Below the pieces are notes generated by a model. It had not been told where the DNA came from. It ran no database searches and saw only the letters and a list, made by a program, of their open reading frames with translations. Shown piece after piece: positions 9,900 to 18,438 of a stretch of 64,000 nucleotides of DNA (position 1 is its first letter; every line of letters starts with the position of its first letter). The position numbers and the translations under genes were made by a program. The stretch lies in the NCBI GenBank assembly GCA_964612665.1, contig CAZTCI010000003.1:336273-400272 (forward strand). The letters are read 5' to 3'. This DNA is from an uncultured Planctomycetales bacterium (GTDB lineage: Bacteria > Omnitrophota > Gorgyraeia > Zapsychrales > JAHFFX01).

Positions 9900-10277
9900 C
9901 TACTTTTTGGCAGTTTCTTTCGTAATATTTTCAATCTCTTCAACCGCGATAGTACCATCTTTTAAATCGCCCTCTACTGAAACCTGAATGTCATTCTTTG
10001 CTTCTTTAAGAAAGTCCTGAACCTTACTTTGGCTTTGCTTGGCAATGTGATAAATTTTTCCGTCACTGTAAAGCGAATACCCAGTCTTGGCGCAGGATTC
10101 TTTGAGCAGACAAGTTTTAGGATGAGTTTTAATTTCGGCGGCTATATCATCCTTGTGCTTTCCGGCGCACATATTATCGATTAATGTTCCTTTAAGGGTA
10201 ACATCCTTGCCGTGCGCAAATACTAGAGCCACAGTTAACATGGAAACACCAACCATCATCAATAAAACCTTTTTCAT
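9900..10277 (-). CDS. secreted hypothetical protein
   Basis: 125 aa with a signal peptide (MKKVLLMMVGVSMLTVALVFA). Confidence 0.5.
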   Translation of the reverse strand: MKKVLLMMVGVSMLTVALVFAHGKDVTLKGTLIDNMCAGKHKDDIAAEIKTHPKTCLLKESCAKTGYSLYSDGKIYHIAKQSQSKVQDFLKEAKNDIQVSVEGDLKDGTIAVEEIENITKETAKK

Positions 10278-10369
10278 TCGACCCGTCCTTTCTTACAGTA
10301 GCGAAAGTAAAAAGTGCCCAATAGCCGACTTTCTACTCTCTCCCTGCTACTTTGTTATTGTGTATCTAA

Positions 10370-10780
10370 CTAATCCGGATAACGGAACTCAACCGGTGTC
10401 AGAACATTGGACCCTAGACTTTTATTGACTGGACAATTGCGTGCGGCCTGTTCAAGTATCGGACGCTTCGATGGATCAATACCGGAAGGCATTTGAAAAA
10501 CAATACCGATCTTAGCGATCCGCCGGTCAGGATCCGCAATCATTTGCTTGTCAACTTCAACCGCCGTACCATTGATATCAATATGATGTTTGTCAGCCGC
10601 AATCCCCATCACGGTCAACATACACGAACCTAAAGCGCCGGCAGCTAAATCCGTCGGAGAAAACGCTTCTCCTTTTCCCATATTGTCGACCGGAGCATCG
10701 GTTACAATTTGATCGCCGGAAGGTCCATGCGTCAGCCGGCAGCGAAGATTGCCTTCGTAGCGAATCGAAATTTTGACCAT
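10370..10780 (-). CDS. OsmC/Ohr family peroxiredoxin-like protein
   Basis: 136 aa with the OsmC fold pattern and conserved Cys pair (LGSCMLT ... NCPV). Confidence 0.7.
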   Translation of the reverse strand: MVKISIRYEGNLRCRLTHGPSGDQIVTDAPVDNMGKGEAFSPTDLAAGALGSCMLTVMGIAADKHHIDINGTAVEVDKQMIADPDRRIAKIGIVFQMPSGIDPSKRPILEQAARNCPVNKSLGSNVLTPVEFRYPD

Positions 10781-10819
10781 GGATTAGAGTTTAATCTTGT
10801 TAACTGCTTTTTTACAGAA

Positions 10820-12664
10820 TTATTTCTTCTTTTCTTCCTCAGCGCTTCTGCGCTGCAAAAAAGAATTTTGAAACGCGTCGCTCCAATTATAATCAGTTTC
10901 TAAAAGCAAAACGCTTTGAATAAAAGCCAAATGCGAATAGCCTTGAGGAAAATTTCCCGTCAGGCGCAGCGAACTGATTTCAATATCTTCCGAGAACAAT
11001 CCGAACGAATTCGCGCATTTCATCATGTGTTCAAACATTTCGCGCGCTTTGGCTGTCTCACCAATTAAATACAAAGCATTGACCATCCAAAAAGTGCAAA
11101 CGATAAAGGCGTTTTCTGGAATGCCAAATTCATCTTCAGCAATATAGCGAAACGCAAATCCGTTTCTAACCAGCTGCTGATAACTTTGCTGAACCGTTTT
11201 AATAATCCGCGGGTCATTTCTGGGCAGAAACCCATAGTGAAGCATAAGAAGGTTGGCAGCGTCGAGTTCTTTACCACCGTAATACATCACAAAAGATTGA
11301 ACTTCTTCGTTCCATCCATTTTTAAGAATATCTTCTTTAATTTGATCGGCCAGGGCTAAATAGCGTCGAGTCTGCGTTGGTTTTTCAAGGAGTTTGGCAA
11401 TTTTAGCGGCCCGATCCATCGCGACCCAGTTCATCATTTTAGAATGCACATAATGGCGGACCGGCCCCCGTCTTTCCCATATGCCGCTGTCCGGATTTTG
11501 CCAAGTCACTTCAGCCGCGTTGACCAACGACCGCACAACCGTCCAAATTTCTTCATCCAAATAGCCCGTTGTCCGACGGTTCCCGACAAAATACGCATAG
11601 ATGGCTTCAATTAATTCGCCATACAAATCATGCTGGCTCTGCCGGTAGGCATCGTTACCGATTCTAACCGGCTTTGAACCTTCATAGCCGTCCAAATATT
11701 CCAATGTCTTTTCGGTTAATTCCTTCTCGCCGTGAATTCCGTAAACAACCGCAATATTGGAATGCTTTAAAAGCATGCGGTTCAAAATAAAATTAATGTA
11801 GCGCATGGCGAGCTGGACATGACCGATGCGCGCGTAAAGATCAATAATCATAGACGCATCCCGTACCCAGCAGTAACGGTAATCCCAATTGCGGTCTTTG
11901 CCGATAATTTCAGGGAGCGATGTCGTCGGAGCGGCAATCACCGCGCCGGTATTTTGAAACATCAAAAGCTTCAAAGTAATCGCGGAACGCACGACCATTT
12001 CTTTATACTTTTCGGGAAGTTTGGTGCGGTATACCCAGTCAAGCCAATAGCTCTTGGTCTTTTCATACTCGACGTAAATTTTGTAAAGATTAACCGGTTC
12101 TAACTTTTCGTGGTAGGAAAGCAGAAAGAAGGAAGATTCCGTAAGTTCAATCGGCTCGCCGCTGACAACCTTACGCTGATCTAAATTGGTATATAGATAA
12201 AAACTATTGTACTCGCCTTTTTTAGAGGCGATTTTGATGTAATCCTTTTCAAAATTAATTCCTGCATCACTGTAAGCGTAATTAGGACGGGGGTCGAGTT
12301 CGATTTTCAGACGGGGTTTTCCGGAAATCAAATGGATATCGCGGTGGATTTCGGAAGGACAATAACTTTCCCGGCGCAAGGTGTGGAACCGCGGCATATA
12401 ATCGCGGACTTCAAAGACACCATCTTTGGTTTCAAAAACAGTTTTAACAATGGCCGTATGAAAAAGATAACATTGGCTCGTGCGGATTGTGTCCACGCCG
12501 GAGATTTGAAAAAATCCGCCTTTCTTTACATCAAGGATCCGCGCGAACAATGACGGAGAATCGAAAAAAGGTAAACACAACCAATCTATGCTGCAATCTT
12601 CATTGATCAAAGCCGCACTTGTACAGTTACCGATGACGCCGTAATTGTAATTTTCTTTTGCCAT
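10820..12664 (-). CDS. glycoside hydrolase family 15 (glucoamylase/trehalase-like)
   Basis: 614 aa, an (alpha/alpha)6 barrel with WVRDAS and related GH15 motifs. First gene of an operon with otsB and otsA. Confidence 0.7.
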   Translation of the reverse strand: MAKENYNYGVIGNCTSAALINEDCSIDWLCLPFFDSPSLFARILDVKKGGFFQISGVDTIRTSQCYLFHTAIVKTVFETKDGVFEVRDYMPRFHTLRRESYCPSEIHRDIHLISGKPRLKIELDPRPNYAYSDAGINFEKDYIKIASKKGEYNSFYLYTNLDQRKVVSGEPIELTESSFFLLSYHEKLEPVNLYKIYVEYEKTKSYWLDWVYRTKLPEKYKEMVVRSAITLKLLMFQNTGAVIAAPTTSLPEIIGKDRNWDYRYCWVRDASMIIDLYARIGHVQLAMRYINFILNRMLLKHSNIAVVYGIHGEKELTEKTLEYLDGYEGSKPVRIGNDAYRQSQHDLYGELIEAIYAYFVGNRRTTGYLDEEIWTVVRSLVNAAEVTWQNPDSGIWERRGPVRHYVHSKMMNWVAMDRAAKIAKLLEKPTQTRRYLALADQIKEDILKNGWNEEVQSFVMYYGGKELDAANLLMLHYGFLPRNDPRIIKTVQQSYQQLVRNGFAFRYIAEDEFGIPENAFIVCTFWMVNALYLIGETAKAREMFEHMMKCANSFGLFSEDIEISSLRLTGNFPQGYSHLAFIQSVLLLETDYNWSDAFQNSFLQRRSAEEEKKK

Positions 12665-13472
12665 TAGATAATTCTTTCAAAGAAACTATATCTAAAATTT
12701 TCTGAAGGAATATAGAAACTTCGTTGGGGCCATTTAAATAATACTGAGCACTGGATTTCTTAGTGGACGGTCCGACGGTAATAGTAAGCCCTTTACCTTT
12801 TAATGCCGCAAAGGCTGTTTCGTCAGTGGCATCATCACCAATGTAAATGGGAAAAAGATCGGGCGTCCTCTCCTTCTCTTGCGCCCAAAGCCATAAAACC
12901 GCGTAACCTTTGTCCCACGCCATGGGCGGCCTTATTTCTAAAACTTTTTTGCCTTCACTGACAACAATTTTCTTACTCAAAAGATACGGACGGCAAATCC
13001 GTTTAAAAATATTTCTGATCTTAGGGATCTTCTTGGTTTCAACCAGCCGGTAATGGACACTTAAGGTTAGTTCCTTATCTTCCAAAATGACACCCTGGAT
13101 TCCGGATTGCTTGGGATTGAATTCATGATTAAGCTCATCCAAAATATTCTTAATATACGGAGTGCGTAAACTTTTAAAAGAAAAACCCTTCCCATCGATC
13201 TCAAAGCCGTGATTTCCGACGTAGACAATATTCCGAATGCCAGCTATCGTTTTAATATCGTTAAGAGAACGTCCGGTTATTATGACGACTTTTATCCAAG
13301 GCAGATGAGCTAATTTTTCTAAAAGTATTTTATTATGCGCAGGCAACACGGCCTCTGGTGGCGTGTTCGCGATCGGTGCTAATGTTCCATCGTAATCCAA
13401 AAAAAGCGCGATGCGTTTACCTTTAAATGTATTTTTGATATCCGGCCAATTTTTAAGAGCGTTTTTTATCAT
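12627..13472 (-). CDS. otsB: trehalose-6-phosphate phosphatase
   Basis: HAD motif I FLDYDGTLAPI and a trehalose-phosphatase-like C-terminus. Overlaps the GH15 gene start. Confidence 0.85.
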   Translation of the reverse strand: MIKNALKNWPDIKNTFKGKRIALFLDYDGTLAPIANTPPEAVLPAHNKILLEKLAHLPWIKVVIITGRSLNDIKTIAGIRNIVYVGNHGFEIDGKGFSFKSLRTPYIKNILDELNHEFNPKQSGIQGVILEDKELTLSVHYRLVETKKIPKIRNIFKRICRPYLLSKKIVVSEGKKVLEIRPPMAWDKGYAVLWLWAQEKERTPDLFPIYIGDDATDETAFAALKGKGLTITVGPSTKKSSAQYYLNGPNEVSIFLQKILDIVSLKELSNGKRKLQLRRHR

Positions 13473-13477
13473 CTTGC

Positions 13478-14956
13478 CTATTCTTTAAATTCAAAACGAA
13501 GTAAATCGGAAATGATTTTGCCGGCCCAGCGGAAAATATTTTGGGTGGCGATCACTTCACGCATCCGTATCATGCGTTTTTTTCGTTCTTCCTCCGAAAG
13601 AGTTAACGCCTGGTAAATCCCCTCGGCAAATCCTTCTTGGTCATAGGGATTAATTAAAATCGCATCAGTCAGTTCGCGGGCGGCACCAGTAAATTGGCTT
13701 AAAACAAGAACGCCTTGTTCGTCGTTACGGCTGGAAACATATTCTTTGGCCACTAAATTCATCCCATCGTGCAACGAACTCACGATGCCGACTTCACTAA
13801 TACGGTAAAGCGCCAAGAGTTTTATAAGAGAATAATTGTCGCGGATAAAAATCACTGGTTTCCAATCTTCGGTGGCGTACTTCCAATTAATGCCCTCCAC
13901 GACCGCGTTAATTTGGTCGTTCAATGCCTTGTACTTGGCCAAATGCAAACGGCTTAAGACCCCGATTTGCAAAAAGACAATTTGTTTTCTGAATTCAGGA
14001 TGTTTTTCCAAAAGCAAATCAACGGCCCACAACCTTTCTAAAATGCCTTTGGTGTAATCGATACGGTCAAGACCAATCATGACGCGGCGGTTCGTCAAAT
14101 TGAATTCTTCGACGAGATTATTTTGGGCCTGACGGACGGCGGAAGATTCAATAAGATTGTTGATCCCCTCAAAATCAACGCTGACAGGATAGGGACGGAT
14201 CAATGTTTCGTGATTATTGCGCACAATCGAAAACCGCTCGCGGTCGATTTTACATTCAAGTTCCCGGTCAATAACGTCGACAAAATTATTGCAATGATAT
14301 CGGGTATGGAAACCCATCAAATCATTGGCCAAGAGTCCTTCGAGGAGTTCTTTGCGTTGAGGGCAGATGCGGAAGATTTCAAAACTGGGCCAGGGAATGT
14401 GCCAAAAGTGCGCGGTAATTATTTGATTGGGCGCTTTTTCTTTGAGATATTTAGGTAAGAGACACAGATGATAATCTTGAATCCAAACAAACGCTTTGCG
14501 GTCGCCGATTTCCTCTAAGACCGCTTGAGCAAATTTTTGATTAACATTTTGATAATGATGCCAGTCTTCTTGGCGGAAGGTTGGACGCTGAAAGGTCAAA
14601 TGACATAAAGGCCACAGGACATCGTTGGAATAACCGTAATAATACCCTTGCTCTTCTTCTTTATTGATCCAAATGCGTTTCAGCAGATAGCGGGGATCAT
14701 CTTCAGGGACTTTCAATTTTCCCGACGGGCGGCTTATGTGATAATCCGCATCACCGCTGCTTAAAGCGACCCAGATTCCTTGGCAGGCGCGCATGACTGG
14801 ATCGATCGCTGAAATAACGCCGCCTACGCCACGCTGGCATTCGATGCGGCCTTTTTTAAAGACATGGACGAACGGCTGGCGGTTCGAGACCACCACAAAA
14901 AGATAATCGCCCATTTTGTCTTTAATCAATTGTTGTAAGGTTTCTTTAGTCCACAT
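13478..14956 (-). CDS. otsA: alpha,alpha-trehalose-phosphate synthase (GT20)
   Basis: 492 aa with the WIQDYHLCLLP motif and a GT20 retaining glycosyltransferase core. Confidence 0.9.
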   Translation of the reverse strand: MWTKETLQQLIKDKMGDYLFVVVSNRQPFVHVFKKGRIECQRGVGGVISAIDPVMRACQGIWVALSSGDADYHISRPSGKLKVPEDDPRYLLKRIWINKEEEQGYYYGYSNDVLWPLCHLTFQRPTFRQEDWHHYQNVNQKFAQAVLEEIGDRKAFVWIQDYHLCLLPKYLKEKAPNQIITAHFWHIPWPSFEIFRICPQRKELLEGLLANDLMGFHTRYHCNNFVDVIDRELECKIDRERFSIVRNNHETLIRPYPVSVDFEGINNLIESSAVRQAQNNLVEEFNLTNRRVMIGLDRIDYTKGILERLWAVDLLLEKHPEFRKQIVFLQIGVLSRLHLAKYKALNDQINAVVEGINWKYATEDWKPVIFIRDNYSLIKLLALYRISEVGIVSSLHDGMNLVAKEYVSSRNDEQGVLVLSQFTGAARELTDAILINPYDQEGFAEGIYQALTLSEEERKKRMIRMREVIATQNIFRWAGKIISDLLRFEFKE

Positions 14957-15207
14957 AAGATAGTTTTATAAAGAATTGTCCTTAATATACTAAAGCCAAA
15001 ATTGATTATAATCAACACCCTAAATTATAAAACCTTCCCAACCCCGGGGGTTGGGGAGGTTTGTAATAATAATTGAAAGTTTTATTAGAGAAGTTTGGTT
15101 TAAGATATACTGGTTTTGTTTTATAAACGAATAGAAACGACGAATAAACGAAAATGCGGGCGGCCTTCGGCGAATTTACGGACCGGGGCCGCCCGGCGTC
15201 TACTTTC

Positions 15208-16464
15208 ATGTCAACTAAATCTCCCAACCAAGAATTCACCGCCTCCCTTAAAATTCCCGACATCCGTTTTTTCATCGGCTCCATCGGATTTTTTATGCTG
15301 GCAAGCCGGTCGCTGGCGGTTGTCATCGGATTTCAAATCTATAAATTGACGCACAGCCCCATGGCCTTGGGCTGGCTCGGGTTAGTTGAAGCGGTCCCGG
15401 CGATCGGATTGGTTTTAATCGGCGGCCATGTTGCAGATCATTTTAATCGTCATCGGATTTTACTGATAACAAGGGCCGCGTCCGTTCTTTGCGCTCTGAC
15501 TCTCGCTCTTCTTTCGAAATCGATAACAGCCTTATGGTATCTTTACGCGGTCATTTTTTTAGCCGGCGTTGCCCGAGGATTTGCCGATCCAGCGAATACG
15601 GCCTTTGAAGCGCAGGTCGTCCCGAAACATTTAACCGTTAACGCCAGCTCATGGATTGGCAGCACGTGGATAGGTTGTTCTATCATTGGCCCGGCGGCGA
15701 TTGGATTTATTTTTGATGCCTGGGGCGCGTCGGGATCTTATTTTCTTATTACAGTTTTTTTTATTCTCTCCTGGATTTGTACTACACTTATTCGACCTAA
15801 ACCGCAGACCATGCCGCAGCGTCAAGAATCTATGCTCAAAAGTATCGCGATCGGCTGGCGTTTTGTTTTTCATAACCAACCGCTTTTGGCGGCGATGGCG
15901 TTGGATTTATTTGCGGTCTTTTTCGGCGGAGCCGTTGCTCTTTTGCCAATTTATGCGAATGACATTTTACACGTCGGAGCGAAAGGCTTAGGCATTCTAA
16001 ACGCGGCGCCTTCCGTCGGGGCCATGATCATGATGCTTATAGCAACCCACCGCGCTCCCATCGCCCGAGCAGGCCGCAATCTTCTCTTAACTGTAACCGG
16101 GTTTGGATTAAGCATGCTGATTTTTGCGTTCTCCAAGAATTTTATTCTCTCCTTGATCGCTTTGATGTTCAGCGGAATCTTCGATGGGATCAGCATGGTC
16201 ATCCGCCGCTCCATGGTCCGGCTTTTGTCACCAGAAGACATGCGCGGACGGATATCTGGCGTCAGCTGGATTTTTATTACCAGCTCAAATGAACTTGGTG
16301 CCTTCGAAAGCGGCATGCTTGCCGCCTGGATTGGAACAATTCCCTGTGTTGCCGTTGGAGGATTGCTCACTTTAATGGTCGTTGTTCTAACCAGTTGGTG
16401 GGCACCGCAGCTGCGGGAATTACGTTTTGACCCAAGGACACTAGAAAGAAAAACTCAAGTATAG
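15208..16464 (+). CDS. MFS transporter
   Basis: 12 TM helices with an MFS motif-A-like loop. The ORF extends up to 15154. I placed the start at MSTKSPN, but it is uncertain because no SD is evident. Confidence 0.7.
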   Translation: MSTKSPNQEFTASLKIPDIRFFIGSIGFFMLASRSLAVVIGFQIYKLTHSPMALGWLGLVEAVPAIGLVLIGGHVADHFNRHRILLITRAASVLCALTLALLSKSITALWYLYAVIFLAGVARGFADPANTAFEAQVVPKHLTVNASSWIGSTWIGCSIIGPAAIGFIFDAWGASGSYFLITVFFILSWICTTLIRPKPQTMPQRQESMLKSIAIGWRFVFHNQPLLAAMALDLFAVFFGGAVALLPIYANDILHVGAKGLGILNAAPSVGAMIMMLIATHRAPIARAGRNLLLTVTGFGLSMLIFAFSKNFILSLIALMFSGIFDGISMVIRRSMVRLLSPEDMRGRISGVSWIFITSSNELGAFESGMLAAWIGTIPCVAVGGLLTLMVVVLTSWWAPQLRELRFDPRTLERKTQV

Positions 16465-16528
16465 AAAACACCAAGGCGGGATAAAAGAGTTTCATTATTG
16501 ACTAACTCTTTCATCCCGCCTTTTTTTG

Positions 16529-18313
16529 CTACTTGCTAATTTCCTTAACCGATCCAAACTCAAGCGATCCCGTCGTATCTTTCCGCGGAGAATTATTATA
16601 ATCAACCGCTGTTCCATATTGAGAATTGCGCAGACCGCGGGCCGGCGAATTTTCATTAACACTAACATTAAAATTCACGCCATTAAATGGACCTTGTAAT
16701 TTGGGATCAACGCAGCTTATGCCAGCGGCTGGACACGGCAAGTTCTTGGTATTGAATACAATATTCCCAGCGTTTGCCTCTGACCAATTAACGCCCCATG
16801 TGCCGCAGCTTCCATCGCTGTTACCTGTCGCGCCCGTCGCATAATAAGCAGCTGTTTGGTCATCTGTCCCAAACTGATGGTCGCCGATCAGAATATCGTT
16901 ACGCAGTTGTAAAACTTCCGAACCATTACAAACACCGTCATCACCACTTGTTATAATTAAATCATCACCCTGACCATAAATCGTTGAACCGTATATCTGG
17001 ACTTTTTGACCAGCTTTTCTGGCTGTAAACGACATTGCATTTCCCATAGCACGGCAGTTGATAAAACTGTAACAATCATCACTACAATAATGGCTGTTTT
17101 CGTTAGCATCACAAACGCCGTTATGATTGCAAGCCTGTCCGGCGCGTCCTGGCTGGTTTTCATCCCAAAGCGTAAAAGGTTTTCCACCGAAGAAAGAACA
17201 ATCGCCCAAAACAATTGAATCATTGATCACCGCATCGCCGGAAACTTTAAATTGCTGACCAACATTGGAATGGAAAATACTTTGTTTCACATCAAAGGAA
17301 ACATCACCTTTGGCATATAATGCATCAAATCCGTCGGAAGTATTGAAACCAAGGTCAACTTGGTCTAAGACAACTTTCGCCGGCTCGCCAGGATTTAAGC
17401 TGCCGCCATCAATGGTAAACCCGTCACCATATCCGCCGCCTTGACCTTGGGTATAACAAGCATCAAGTTGTTTCGCTGGATAAGTCTCCACACAACCGCT
17501 TCCCTGGACTTTAAAGCGATGGAATACATTTGTTCCGGCCACACCATCGTTCCCGCCTTGTCCATCGAGATCTCCATCCCATCCGGCGAGAGGATTTCCC
17601 ACGATTTCCACATCTTCAACAAAAATATTTTTATAACGCCCTGCGTAAACGCCGCGGTTAGCCAAGCCGTGGATTGACAAATTCTTCAAAACCAAATTTT
17701 CGCTGTCCACAATCCTTAATCCCGCCTGCGCCCACGGGCCGTTAGGCGCGTTTCCCCGCGGGCAATACCATTGTCCGTCGGGATGATGTTCTCCACAGCC
17801 CATGTGGTCAGTTATTTCCAAACACTGAATCTCAACATTACTCGATCCGCTTAAATCAATGACCTGCGGAACACGCTCCACACCAAAAAGTTGCGACTTA
17901 ACTAAACAGCCTTGGTTGTATTGTTCTCCTAAAATCTTTGTTTTTTGGTCAGGACTTTTTCCCGACGGAATAGGCAGCGCCGTACAATCATAGGGATAAA
18001 ACGGACTACAACCTTCACGGCCTGGTTCAAAACCAACGATATGTTCACCGCGATCAACAATCAGCGTATCTCCGGGTGCTAAACGCCCCGCCGGTCCATT
18101 CTTCCAACCAGTTACATCTAAAAAACGTTTGAAGGCACAATCCTGCAAAGTTCCGCTACCTGGATAAGGTTTATCGGCAAGGCCGTTACATTCCCGCGGC
18201 GTTCCACCATCGGTCCGAAGATAATACGTTTTGGCTTGAGCTTCCTTCGACAGCAAAAGGCATGCGCACACGCAAAGGCAGGTTGAAAACCGTCTTCCAA
18301 GATTTTGTCTCAT
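16529..18313 (-). CDS. secreted Cys-rich right-handed beta-helix protein
   Basis: Signal peptide MRQNLGRRFSTCLCVCACLLLSKEAQA, then Gly/Asn-rich parallel beta-helix-like repeats (NLSIHGLANRGVYAGRYKNIFVEDVEIVGN) and more than 25 cysteines. The ORF-track N-terminal extension to 18487 would overlap the upstream gene. Confidence 0.55.
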   Translation of the reverse strand: MRQNLGRRFSTCLCVCACLLLSKEAQAKTYYLRTDGGTPRECNGLADKPYPGSGTLQDCAFKRFLDVTGWKNGPAGRLAPGDTLIVDRGEHIVGFEPGREGCSPFYPYDCTALPIPSGKSPDQKTKILGEQYNQGCLVKSQLFGVERVPQVIDLSGSSNVEIQCLEITDHMGCGEHHPDGQWYCPRGNAPNGPWAQAGLRIVDSENLVLKNLSIHGLANRGVYAGRYKNIFVEDVEIVGNPLAGWDGDLDGQGGNDGVAGTNVFHRFKVQGSGCVETYPAKQLDACYTQGQGGGYGDGFTIDGGSLNPGEPAKVVLDQVDLGFNTSDGFDALYAKGDVSFDVKQSIFHSNVGQQFKVSGDAVINDSIVLGDCSFFGGKPFTLWDENQPGRAGQACNHNGVCDANENSHYCSDDCYSFINCRAMGNAMSFTARKAGQKVQIYGSTIYGQGDDLIITSGDDGVCNGSEVLQLRNDILIGDHQFGTDDQTAAYYATGATGNSDGSCGTWGVNWSEANAGNIVFNTKNLPCPAAGISCVDPKLQGPFNGVNFNVSVNENSPARGLRNSQYGTAVDYNNSPRKDTTGSLEFGSVKEISK

Positions 18314-18438
18314 GATCCACTCCTTTTGATGGGTGTGCATAAAAATTGCCTTTTTTATTATATAGAGACGGTTTTCCGGAGTCATGTGTTTTTTTACGAA
18401 CTTCCCGACGACAAATTTAAAGGTTTTTTTAATGAGAA

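Noticed and set aside
15012-15349. ORFs 15012-15326(-) and 15116-15349(+) in the otsA/MFS divergent region
   Set aside because: They overlap the MFS N-terminus or span hairpin-rich intergenic DNA. They have low-complexity translations and no SD.
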